From the human T2T-CHM13v2.0 reference genome, Homo sapiens, in NCBI RefSeq assembly GCF_009914755.1, contig NC_060932.1: a DNA stretch of 64,000 nt; one strand, given 5' to 3'. Below, one piece after another: positions 15,827 to 42,829 of this stretch. Numbering within the stretch: the first letter of the stretch is position 1; every line of letters begins with the position of its first letter. The notes under the pieces were generated by a model. The model made no database searches. It was not told the DNA's origin and saw only the letters and a program-made list of their open reading frames with translations. Position numbers and translations under genes: made by a program.

Positions 15827-16874
15827 TCATGCGTTGAGTTACCTAATACTCAGGATAGGAGCGTGAGAAGGTTTGGTCCAAGGAATAATGAGTCTTTTGC
15901 CTATTAGTCCTTCTACTATGGGCCTTAATTTTTTTCTTCTGGCTTCAAGGGAATTGTACAAGGCTGGGTGAAGGTTGGGACCTGGTCAGTCTGAACCTTG
16001 ATGTGCTCAGCCCCAGTAATCCTAAAATGGTGATACATTTTTGGCTCATTAGGACTTGGTACCTCACAAAGATCTTCAAATTGTGTCTGGTTTATGTATC
16101 TGTATCCAAATTAGCTATGATTTGATTATGAATAGAGACACCCTCATGAGTTTCAAGGAAGAGCTCCCTTCTAGGAAAATTTAATCTGGTGATTCCATTT
16201 TCATAATAAAGACTCCTCATTAAGTTTATGCTGGTGTGATGTCACAAGAGAAGGGTGTTTTTAGTAAAAAGACCAAGAATAACAGTGGCCAGGATACAGG
16301 GAGTGGCCAGGCAGATGGAGACATCCACCTCTTGGTTTTTGCTGACTCCAAGGACAAGAAGTGAACTTAGTGGCAGGGTTGTTGTTGAAAATGTTGCACC
16401 CCTAACCCTGAGTGTGGCCCAGAAGAGTTAATGATATCTTCTTGCAAGTTTTAAGGGAAGACTCAGAAGTGGATGCCATCTTCTCTCTTGGAACTGTCTC
16501 ATTATCTGTCAGATTCCTTTTTGCCCAAAGTGAGACAATTGGTTTTCCATCGTCTCTTTTGTTCAGAGTAGCAGCAAGTATTCTTATCACTGGGCATTTT
16601 GCTGGGGGGGATTGTGGAGGTTGTGAGGTCATCCAGTTGTTTAATTTGAAAAACCGTTAAGTTGTTTAGGATCTTACTCTACTTTTGTTCTAAGAGTTTC
16701 TCAGAAGATTTGGACACATGCTATAGGGCTGTTAGTGGAGTTATTTCTTATTCTAGCCTTTAAGTACCAAACCCCTGAATTTTGGCTAAAGGCCGTTCAT
16801 AAGCAATGAGGATAATGTAGCAAAACATCTGCCTATTGATCTATCCCAGACTGTTGTCTGAAGGTGATTTCTAA

Positions 16875-17178
<304 letters not shown>

Positions 17179-17736
17179 TAAAAAAAAAATAAAAAACAAA
17201 CACAAAAAAACTGGATTAATGACCAGAGAATCTCTACTCAAAATAAAGTAGGTATTGCCTTCAGTAAGGATTGCACTACATTTTGTGCTTCTTAAAAGTC
17301 CCTTTCTGTTTGCTGGTCCTCAGGAATACATAGATTATTTCCCAGGTCCTTCCAGTGGACTCTTTAAGGTAGGGTTAGCATCTAGATACATGTACTAGGT
17401 GATGTACATCAGGGAGATTGGGACCATTGCTTCCAAGCACTATTCTAGATTCTCAGGTTCTTCATATCGGTCATAAAAGGCTGACAATTAAATATTAAAC
17501 ATTTGCTACTTCCCCCTTTTTTTGCTCTTTTGTTTTAAGATGTTCCTAAAATGGATAATTTTGGTCACATTTAAAGTTCCTCAAAGTGGTCATTTGGTAA
17601 ATTGTGTCACTTTGTAAGATACGCATAAGAATAACAAGAATATGTTTAAAGGCTGGGCGCAGTGGCTCATGCCTGTAATCCCAGTATTTTGGGAGGCCGA
17701 AGTGGGAGGATGGCTTGAGACCAAGAGTTTAGGCTA

Positions 17737-17958
<222 letters not shown>

Positions 17959-18153
17959 TTAAAAAGTGAGTATCCAGGCCAGGCATGGTGGCTCATGCCT
18001 ATAATCCCAGCATTTTGGGAGGCAGAGGCAGGCGGATCACCTGAGGTTGGGAGTTCAAGACAAGTCTGGCCAACAGAGTGAAACCCCATCTCTACCAAAA
18101 AATACAAAAATCAGCCAGGTGTGGTGGCGCACACCTGTAATCCCAGCTACTCA

Positions 18154-18477
<324 letters not shown>

Positions 18478-18945
18478 TTAAGGATAGCTAGGGGAATAAT
18501 AGACTTCATAAGGTTTTTAGATGGTTACCCAAGGCAAACTTCATCTACCGAGGGAGACTGGTGTGACAAGACCTTACACTTGTCAGTCCTTTTGTCATGG
18601 ACGCATTGGGACTCTGTGGATTGATCATTTGTTGCTTTTTTTCCATGTCATTACACAATATAAGAAAGGACAAGATAAAGATAAGGTTAGGCAAAGAGCA
18701 TACTTCCACCAAGAATCATTAGAAAGATAGGTCTACTCAGAAAAGTGGAGTTTCAGTGGGTAAAATATGATTTTCCTGAGAAAACTAGCCACGTCAATGA
18801 AATTGGAGCTCACACTTAGTGTGCGGCTCCCCTCTCTGCTGAGGCCAGAAAATGCAAGCGGAAGAGAGACCAGCCCTCACCCCACCCCCGCCACCACCAG
18901 ATGCCCAGATGCAGAGTCCTGGCAATGGCAGAGAGTCACAGTTGA

Positions 18946-18963
18946 GTCTCCATGGGACCTCCA
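18946..18963 (-). other. Retroviral primer-binding site, tRNA-Gln type
   Basis: Minus strand TGGAGGTCCCATGGAGAC versus tRNA-Gln complement TGGAGGTCCCACCGAGAT (15/18), located 3 nt after a ...CCACA putative LTR end. Confidence 0.7.
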
Positions 18964-19302
18964 AATTGTGGAATCATTCCTCCTTAAATAAACAACCTGT
19001 TATGAGATAAACAAACCGTAAAAACACCCACATACAATCCTGAAATGGGAAATGGGTGTGCTTTTTTTTTTTTTCCTTCTTCTTACAGGTTGGGTTGGGA
19101 AGCTCCTGAGATGGGATATCAAACCTGGAATGACTCTTTGGTTGATTCCTCAAGGTCATGGTTGATATAACCGAGGTGAGGTTCTACTTGAAGAAAGAAG
19201 TGATACTCGAAGCACAAAACATTGTACAATTATAATTCCATAACCAACAGAGCTATCATTCTGCTTCTGTCTTCCACAACTGATGGGGGGTGTGTGTTCT
19301 GA

Positions 19303-19599
<297 letters not shown>

Positions 19600-19669
19600 T
19601 GATCCGCCCGCCTCGGCCTCCCAAAGTGCTGGGATTATAGGCGTGAGCCACCATGCCCAGCCAATTTTG

Positions 19670-24092
<4,423 letters not shown>

Positions 24093-24117
24093 TAGGAGCC
24101 AGCTTTGTTTAAATGTC

Positions 24118-24725
24118 TGTATCCATCTAGGACCAATCCAGAGAGAGAAAAACCATATAGTAATTTGAACAGGAAAAGCTTACTATAAAGAATTATTCTC
24201 TATAGCAGGAGATTGGCATGATTATGCAATAATATATGTGTTACCAACTCCATACTCCGTGGGCTGAGATCCATGGCTCAGTCATGGCTACTGAACGGCG
24301 GACAAGTTGCTGTGATGCCATAATGGTGAAACTTGCTAGAAATCAGTCCTGTAGGGTGCTGGGGAAAGCTGTTTATGGGAAGATGTCTCACTACCGCGCC
24401 TTGGCTACAAACCACCTTAGGAGGTTGCAGGGGAAAGCCACTGGCCACTGAGTGTTGCTGGCTGTGTATGGCAGCAGGAGGGCCCTGGAGAACCTGTGAG
24501 CCAAAGGCGCTGGGGGCCAGCGAAACCACGCGCCCCTGCCAACCCCGCTGAGACTCCACCGAGCCGGAGGCAAAACTCTTTCTCCTGCAATGTTTCTCGA
24601 GCGCCCTCTACTGGCAAAACTTCGGTGCCAACGGCAAATTCTTGAAAAGGTTCAGATTTATTTTCGCAAAGCAGTCAAATAAGGTGAATTCAGAGGTGAG
24701 AGGCAATAAATCAATAACTGGTATA
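24118..24725 (-). mobile_element. ERVL-type solo LTR (LTR41-like)
   Basis: Minus strand begins tataccagttattgatttattgcctctcacctctgaattcacc...cagtagagggcgctcg, like the recalled LTR41 5' end; opposite end tgtatccatctaggaccaatccagagagagaaaaacc. Confidence 0.7.
24600..24616 (-). promoter_or_regulatory. CTCF motif inside the LTR
   Basis: TGCCAGTAGAGGGCGCT matches the CTCF core CCAS(Y)AGRGGGCGC, with CpGs retained. Confidence 0.72.
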
Positions 24726-25021
24726 GAGTCCAACAGGTAAATAAACCCAAACCTTTTATTCTTGCAAATCTAGGCTTCGTTTCCTTGTTTTTAAAATGGT
24801 GGGAGAAGTAGGGAAAGAAAAGACAAATTTGAAATTTCTATCATATTTCATTAGTTTTAAACCAAATGAATGCTGAACTTCTCTTTTCCATTCTTTCCTC
24901 TTATTACATTAACTCTGACATCTCGTGACTGTTGTCAGTCTTCGGAAAGCAAGTATAGATAAAATTTTGTTCACAGTTCCTTTTGCTCAAGTTTGTTAGA
25001 ATTGTTCCAGAAAGGTAGGGA

Positions 25022-25061
25022 TGTGTTTGTGTGTGTGGGGTGTGTGTGTGTGTGTGTGTGT
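25022..25061. repeat. (TG)n microsatellite
   Basis: Imperfect tgtgtg run. Confidence 0.9.
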
Positions 25062-25095
25062 ATGGTCAGCCTAGAGAGGTGATATGTAGCTCATC

Positions 25096-27904
<2,809 letters not shown>

Positions 27905-27948
27905 TAAGGCATTCATTTTTGCCCTTTCAAAGCAGTTTGTAAGTAAAT

Positions 27949-27983
27949 AATGGCAAAAACCACAATTTTGCACTGACCTTAAT
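27949..27983. mobile_element. Partial MADE1 (Hsmar1 MITE) terminal inverted repeat
   Basis: aatggcaaaaaccacaattttgcactgaccttaata resembles a MADE1 arm. Confidence 0.5.
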
Positions 27984-29539
27984 ATTTGTTTGGTCAGTGA
28001 AGGAGTGAATTACATTGGCTTCCATCATTTTCTTTCCTTTCATCTTCCTCTGCAGCCCCTCCTGCGCATCTTCCTTTCCACCTTTCAGCCAAAAATGCTC
28101 CTGCTCACTCAGAAATGCCACTTTCACTATCATGTCCACAGCATGGCATTTTCTTAAGGGGAGCCCCCACTACCTGGGCTGGAGTTAGACACATGCCTGG
28201 CAGGCAGCAGAAATAGAAGTGCTTAAGTCCCTGATACACATGCAGGATATTCACAATACCCAGAGAAGCCTCGCCACAGCATCTGCCAATGCACTGCAGA
28301 GGCTGCAGGGGTGTCCCGCGGGTCTATCCGGCATCCATCCACACCTCTTCAGAAACTCTCGAATTTCCTGAGGCCAGACCACGGGGCAGTGTGTTTTGTG
28401 ATGGAGCCCTAGATCGCAGGTTGGCCAACCCAAGTGCATGTTCCGACTCCACTACCTACTGGTTGGGAGTCTCAGGAGATTCTGGACAATGAAGAGAACC
28501 AGGGAATGAGGGGTCCACCAGAGGCTGAACTCACCATTCAGCAGCACAGATTCTGACAACAGAACAGGGCGTTAGAGGGAGTCAGTGGGCTGGTGGGCAC
28601 TGGATGCAAGAGGACCCCACAGGGGTCGATGAATCCAGGGATCTGAGTCTAGACTGTGAGGTCAGCTTCCTGGTGATTGGAGCTTTGTTGTATTGTGAGA
28701 GAGCTCATTGATTCCGCATGAGCTGCCCTCCATTTGGCCAGCTGCACCCAAGGCCTCAGCATGCTGAATCCAGAGCAGTCTAATAATCAAGAAGCCCCAT
28801 TTCTACCTTGTCCACCGCTTACTCACGTGCTCCTACCACATGGCCTGGCGACCGTGGGCTCAGTTGGAAGTCCTGGATTTTACCCATCTGTTGACCCCTG
28901 GCCTCCACACCATTAGTTCCTGCCACACTGCACATACTTCATAAATATACACGAATTGAATTGAAATATGTTCTTTGTAGGGCAGTTTGGAAAAGGGTAG
29001 ATTCAGAGAAGGCACTTACTTTTTAGGAAGTATCATTTTCTGTGTTTTCGTTTTGTTTTTAAATTCCAAGAGGAATTTAAAAATCCTCTTGTTCAGACCA
29101 CATAGAAACTATTAAGAGAGAGCTCGTCTCTATGAGAAACCACTGGCAAGAGGGTGCTGGGCCGAGGGCGCCGGTGTCTCTGTGGAAAAGGCAAGTAGAC
29201 AGTCCAAATCAGGAGCGGGACAATGGCCAGCTGTGGAACAAGAGAACAAACAGTGAAAAGCGAACTTTCACAGGGAGAAGGCAAAGCAATTGCCGTGGTT
29301 ACTCCCTCGCTTGGGAGGTCATCGCAGCTGCTTAGCTCAGGGTCTGGGGCCCCCCAGTGGGAGAAACATTCTGCTTTCTCTGCAGGAGGTTTGTGCGTAG
29401 GCGTTTCTGATGATGAAAGTACGCAGTTTATTATCATTATAGCATATTTACAAACGTTGGAAAAAAGTCAGAGAAAAAAGTTATGTGAATTTCATCAGCT
29501 AAAAATGTCTAATGAGGAAAGACTAAGAAAACTGATACT

Positions 29540-29620
29540 ACAGTTATGTGTCGCTTAACGACAGGGATGCATTCTGAGAGCAGAGTTGCCGGGTGATTTC
29601 ATTTTTGTGTGAACATCATG
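29540..29620 (+). mobile_element. Tigger3/GOLEM left-end fragment
   Basis: ta-cagttatgtgtcgcttaacgacagggatgcattctgaga matches the recalled Tigger3 TIR region. Confidence 0.65.
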
Positions 29621-30083
29621 AAAAGTTCATAGAAGGTTAATAGCCTATATAATAGGTGACAGAATCATTGACTTAAGTTATGTCCAATTTTTCAATAATA
29701 TAAATAATGCCAACATAAGTTTGTGCTCACAGTTTTTCTGTATTTCGTATTATTTGCCTTAGGTAAGATTCTCTGAAATGGGACAAACAAAAAAGACTCC
29801 TGATACCTGTTGTCAATTTTTCTTTTTCTTTTTTTTGGAGACAGAGGCTCGCTCTGTCACCCAGGCTGGAGTGCAGTGGCACAATCTCAGCTCACTACAG
29901 CCTCCACCTCCCGGGTTCAAGCAATTCTCCTGCCTCAGCCCCCAGCCTAGACAGGGAATTTCAAAGACCTGTGATGACTATGGTAAAGGCTCTAGAGAAG
30001 AAGGTGGACAACATGCATGAACAGATGGGAAATTGCAGCACAGAGATGAAAACAGCAAGAAAGAGTCAAATAAAAGTGCTAGA

Positions 30084-31420
<1,337 letters not shown>

Positions 31421-31699
31421 AGTGCTAGAAATTAAACAGCTGGTGCCAGAGATTCTTCAATAAACTTACCACACGACTCAACAGAGCTGGTGAAAGGATC
31501 AGCGAAGGTAGGTTAATAGAAATTATCCAACTATTCATCTTTGTCCTGGGCTAGGTAAAAAAAGAAAAGAAAGAAAAGGAAAAGAAATAACTCAACTAAA
31601 AATTCAGAGATCTTTACAAAATCACTAAGATAATTTATTTTTGGAGTTCTGTTGTGTTCTTTGCCTCCCTATTATTCCTTGCCTCCTCCTATTTTCCCT

Positions 31700-35490
<3,791 letters not shown>

Positions 35491-35859
35491 CAAAAGAAGA
35501 TTGCAGTCATTCTTATGCCGTTCACCTGTGTGTAATGCGTCATCTTTCTCTGGCTGCTTTTATGGTTTCCCTTTTCATCACTGGCATTCATCCATTTGAT
35601 TGTGGTGCGTCTTGGTGCGTGTATGTTGATGTGTCTATAAGTAAATGAGTGTGGGTGGTGCATGCGTTTTATCCTACTTGAGGCTTGTGAGCTTCTTGGA
35701 TCTGTGGATGTATATCATTCATCAGATTTGGAAAATTTTGTCTTTATTTCATTAAATATTGCTGTTATGCCATAGTTCACCTCTTTCTTCACAGATCTAT
35801 TTCTTCACATATATTCGGGTCTGCTCCTCTGTGATTTCTGTGGACTTCTCTTTCTTGGG

Positions 35860-38800
35860 GAAAACTGAGAAGAGAGAATTCAGTGGGATGAACTGTAGTC
35901 GCCATCAATGCCATTGGTCTTGAGACCACAACTGGCACTTGCCTTCTTTCTCCCCCTCCATTCATTCTAAATTCCCCTCATCCTCAGCAATCACCTCAGG
36001 AGGCCTTGGCTTCCCTGGGGGTGTGACCCAAATCTTCATTCCTGAGGGCTCTGAGTCTTTCAGTCCAGATTTGCTGCATGTGTCCATTCACAGTTACAAT
36101 GGATCCAGGCAATTCTGGGATGCACTGGACAGCCCTACTTCCTCCTGCCAATCAGGGTTAATTGCCCTGCCACTGTAGTGACTCTTCTCACCTGCTGGTT
36201 CTGGGCATGTGAAGTCCTAAGTGTGCCAGTGGCGGCCGTAACTTGTAGTTCAATGGACCCTTACCATGTCCACTGGCAAGTGTGCTCCCTTCGAGATCAG
36301 GACCTCCAACGCTGCAGCACCCAGAGTTTCGGGGATGACAAGGATAAAATTCCCCAGTGGGCTATTGGGAATCATGTTGAAAGGGGCCATTCCTGCTTCC
36401 ATCCCTTGAGTCCCAGATCCACATATTCTCTGATTAAGGACACAGTGCCATTTAGAGGTTTCTGATTTAGTGCATAAGTTGAATCCTGAAGGAGTATGCC
36501 TCCGAGCTAGCACTTCCCGTTGTTTTTCAGGAAGCTGCTCCCAAGCTCTGTGAGGCCAGCTGCTTCAACCTGGAGCAGTCTGTCATATGACCATGGACCC
36601 TATGGCCAGGGGCCCCCTCCTGCCCCACCTTCACTAGGAAGTTGGGCCTCTTGTCAGATATTCTGCTCCTTGTAATTCTGTGTTTGTGAATCAGGAATCC
36701 CCCAAGCCTGGCAGAGGATCTGTGGTCAGGGAAGGTCAATCCATGCCCGGGTATCTAAAGCGGTGAGGATGAACTGCTGACCCTCCAAGATTGAAGGGGC
36801 ACGATGTGTTTGCCTTTCACAGATCTGGTCTGGAGATATAGCGCCATACTGGGGCTCAGTATTGGTCCCTGTTGCTCACAAGTTGGACATTCGGAGGCAG
36901 CAATGGCTAGCTCTGCCTTGGTAAGTGAAAATCCACGTTGTTGGGCCCAAGCAGAGCCCCGTCTCTGCCACCATGGGCATGCCATTCATGTCTCCAGCCG
37001 TTCTGGGGTGACTGAAGGTGGCTCATGTCCACTGGCAAGTCATTTTGTCTACTTGGTTGTTCAGTGCGTCTCTTGTGGTAGATGTTTCCAGTGGGCATTA
37101 ACATGCAAATCAGAAGTCCTTGAACTGTCTACCCATTTCCATATGCACATCCACATGCCTCTTTCTCAGGATTCCTTGTCTCCAATCTTCCAATCTGTTT
37201 CCTTCCAAGTCCCTGACCAGATGCTCAGACCATTGGTCATTGGCCAGGAATTTGTACATATTTTCCCTTCAGGCCACTTTTCCTCACACGTATCTACTCC
37301 TTGCAGCTTCCCCCATTGAGAACATTGTTCCCTCTTTCCGGGCCACCCGTCAGTGTGGCTAATGTCCGCTTTTAGCTCTACCCATGAACTGAGCAGATCC
37401 ATCTGTAAACCAAGCTTGGGCTTTTTCCTTCTTATTTAGCCAGTCATATGGACTCTCCCTAGTAGGCTGTACACATAACCAGGGGAGGGCATGGGTGCAT
37501 CTGTTATGGGTGACATGGGCCTCTGGGCTTCTTGCTCATGCAGCTTACTCATGCCCTGTGGCCCCTCCAGGACCCAATCCTGATGGATCACTTCCATTTT
37601 ATGATTGCTGCTGGACACATGTGACTTTATGACTTGTTGGGTCCAACAGAACCCAGTTCCCAGCAGTCACTTATGGACGTGTGGTCACATGGTGTTTGGT
37701 AGCCAAGGGTTCTATCTCCACCAGGCTCCAGTAACAGTTGCTTCTCAAACAGCATAAGCTGCTCTGCTGTGGATATCATGGTCTTGCTCCAGAATCCCAG
37801 GAGGCTGCGATCTGATTCTTCCACCAGAGCTCGCCATTACCCATCCCCTCACGCTGCCTCCTTTCCAACTGCTGACTACCCCTACCCCACCAACACCATA
37901 GGGTCTGAAGATCAGATGGTCCAAGTTGCAGTGTGGTTTGCACTGTGGCCTGGACCTGTCACATAACCCTTTCCTGCTCCAGGCCTCACTCAAAGCTGGA
38001 AGCCTTCTGTGTCACCTGGTTTACAGGCTGGAGAAGTATTCCTGCATGTGGAAGGCACTGAATAGTAGTCCTCAGAGTGTAGGGTGTTACCTGCAAAACT
38101 CAAATAGCTCTACCAGGAGCTGTGCCTCCTTGTTTGTGGTAGGAGATTCCAGATGCAGCAATTTGCCTTTCACTTTGAAGTGGTTATCTTGGCATGCCCT
38201 CCATCACTGGACCTCTCAAAATGTCACTGAAGCAGCCAGTCCCTGAGTCATCATAGCATTTACTTCCCACGAGCTTACCAAGACTTCTGGTATATGAGCC
38301 TCTCATCTGTCCTGTGCAATCAGCACAACGTCACTGATAGAATGGGTCAGCGTCATGTTCTGCTTGATGTCTGCGTGGTCCAGGTTCTCTTTGGACTATA
38401 TCATGACAGATGTTGGGAAACTTAATATAGTCCTGAAATAAACTATAAATGAATATTCCTGTTTCTCTTGTTTGAAAGCAAATATTTCTGGTTCTCTTTT
38501 CTAATTACAATGGAAAGGAATGCACTTGCCAAATCACTGGCTGCATCACCACGTACCTGATGCCTAGTCTGCCACGGTGACAATATCACATCCAGCCTTG
38601 CAGTGCAATCAGAAATGAAGTTGGTTACATCTGTGGTAGCCTACAGTCATTCTCCGGGGTGCAAAAGCAGGGATCACCCTGCAAATGCTAAGGGCCAGCA
38701 CTCTGTATTCTATATGAAGGTCTTTAATGGTGCTCATCTGCACTGCCCCACTCCACTCCAAGGCAGTACAGGCCAGCAACCCAACATGAGGATTATTCCA

Positions 38801-39215
38801 ACTGCCAAGCATAAAATTCCTGTTGTATAATCAGGGACTTGGGAAAAGCCAACTGGGACCATGGAACCACTGGGCCCACTGTGAATGGGACTTCAGCCAG
38901 TACTCCATTGATCACTTGGCCCCCAATCTAGCAGGGGCTCGGGATAACGCTCATGTTTTCAGGTATCAATGTCAACTCAGACCCTGTGCCAAGAATCCTT
39001 TAAATGTCTCCCAGTGTATAGTCACCTGAGTAAATGACCATAGCTCCCTTTAGGGAAATACTGGGGGAATCCTTGCAGTATATATTTGCCATGAGATTGC
39101 AGGGTTCTTACCCCTAGGGTCTTGGCCACCTCCTATCAGTGAATTTTGGATTTGAAAATTGGCTCAGTTCTGGAAACTGAACAAGAATCATGACTTTTAA
39201 TTGAGGCAACTGCTC
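35860..39215 (-). mobile_element. Decayed ERVL (class III) internal pro-pol region
   Basis: Protease remnant LGTGSELTLIP (about 38960-38995, compare LDTGSELTLIP), RT HSISDVVLI (about 38317-38343, compare HYIDDIMLI), integrase HHCC remnant AWAQQRGFSLTKAELAIAASECPTCEQQ (about 36870-36960). Many stops and frameshifts. Confidence 0.88.
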
Positions 39216-39233
39216 CTTCATTCTTTGCTTTTC

Positions 39234-40108
39234 TTTTTTTTTTTTTTTTTTTTTAGGTTTGTAATATGACCTTTATTGAGCTTATCCACCAGAGTGGAAA
39301 TAATGTCTGTACAAAACCAAATGTTTGTTACTCTAACTTCTGCATCACAATTAAAATCCAAACAGTTTTTCAAAAACAGTCCACTCAATCAAAACCCACT
39401 ACTTCAGAATCAATAGCTTCTTTGAAGCCACAGTAATACTTAAATATGGTTAAGACTGGAATGCAGAAATTTGGTTGGTTGGAAAGCTAATTAAACTTCC
39501 AGATTGCTCACATAGAATTTCAAAAAGGCAAAATTGTGTTTTTTACAGAGATGCAGTCCACTGGAATCCGCAACACTGGACAGCTGGCAGAGTATTTAGA
39601 GTCCTGAGATATCAAGGAATCCAGGCAGCCTTTAGACAGTCTTCTGTTGTCCTTTCTTCCCAGTCAGAGATTTGTGGATGTGTGGAATGACACCACCACC
39701 AGCAATCGTAGCCTTGATGAGAGAATCCAATTCTTCATCTCCACGGATAGCAAGTTGCAAGTGACCAGTGGTACTACGCTTTACCTTTAAGTCTTTGGAT
39801 GCATTTCCTGCCAGTTCAAGTACCTCTGCGGTGAGGTACTTCAGGATGGCTGCGCTGTACACAGCGGCAGTCGCGCCCACACGTCCATGATTGGTCGTCC
39901 TAGATTTCAGGTGTAGATGAATACGCCCAACTGGGAACTGCAAGCCGGCTCTCTGGCAGCGGGAAACCGCCTTTGTCTTGGCCTTTCCGGAGTCCTTCCC
40001 AGCCTTACCGCCAGTCATTTCGAATTCTGCTGAAGCTCAAGCAAGGCAGAGAAAGGGCTAATCAGACCCATGGCGAGACTCCTTCGTCCCACCGCGATTC
40101 AAACTGCC
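39234..40108 (-). pseudogene. H2AZP2: Full-length processed retrocopy of H2AZ1 (5'UTR, CDS, 3'UTR, poly-A), ORF intact
   Basis: Intronless 128-codon H2A.Z ORF at 39632-40018 with the H2A.Z.1-specific T15/S39/V128. AATAAA at 39272-39277, poly-A 39234-39254, TSD cattctt(tg/at)ctttt at 39219-39232 and 40109-40122. Symbol recalled from the locus and not verified. Confidence 0.93.
39632..40018 (-). CDS. Uninterrupted H2A.Z-like ORF of the retrocopy (coding status unproven)
   Basis: ORF track gives 128 aa; 9 substitutions versus recalled human H2A.Z.1. Confidence 0.3.
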   Translation of the reverse strand: MTGGKAGKDSGKAKTKAVSRCQRAGLQFPVGRIHLHLKSRTTNHGRVGATAAVYSAAILKYLTAEVLELAGNASKDLKVKRSTTGHLQLAIRGDEELDSLIKATIAGGGVIPHIHKSLTGKKGQQKTV

Positions 40109-40433
40109 CATTCTTATCTTTTTTGATTGTAGCTGTTAAGCCGATAGCTCGCGGTAGGGAAGGATGGGCCTTCTCTACAAGCCGAGAAGGCTCAGGGAGC
40201 TTCAGTCAATAGCTTCAGAAGTATCCATCCAGATATTTCCACCCATGTTGAAGGGCCCCAGGCTTTTCCTACAAGGGTTCTATCTTTTGCGTAACAGACC
40301 TTCCTTAGTTCAGCATCTAAAACCTCTTAACAATTAGCTCCTTAACCTGCCAATCGCCTGAAAGTAGGGAGGAATCGAGGGGAGGCTAGAAGAGCGGAAA
40401 GACCGTGAAGGAAGGTTAGGTGAAAGGGTCTAA

Positions 40434-42560
<2,127 letters not shown>

Positions 42561-42829
42561 ACAGAAACTCTCCACTGGCTTCCATACTTAGAATAAGAAC
42601 CAAGTTCCTTGCTTTGGTCCTTGAGACCTTGGATGATCTGGCCCCAGGCTGCGTTTTGGCCCTCGCCTCCTGAGGTTGCCCCTCAAGTGTCTTTCTAACC
42701 ACACACTGGCTTCACCGTCCTTCAGACATCACAAGTTGGTTTTGTCTCCTGACCTTTGTACCTGCTGTTTGTTCTACCTGGAACACACCTCCCAGTTTCT
42801 TCCATATCAGGCTCCCTCACTTTCTGATC

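Noticed and set aside
35860-39215. Domesticated ERVL protein gene
   Set aside because: Catalytic motifs are degenerate (protease D to G, YIDD lost) and the frames are repeatedly broken.
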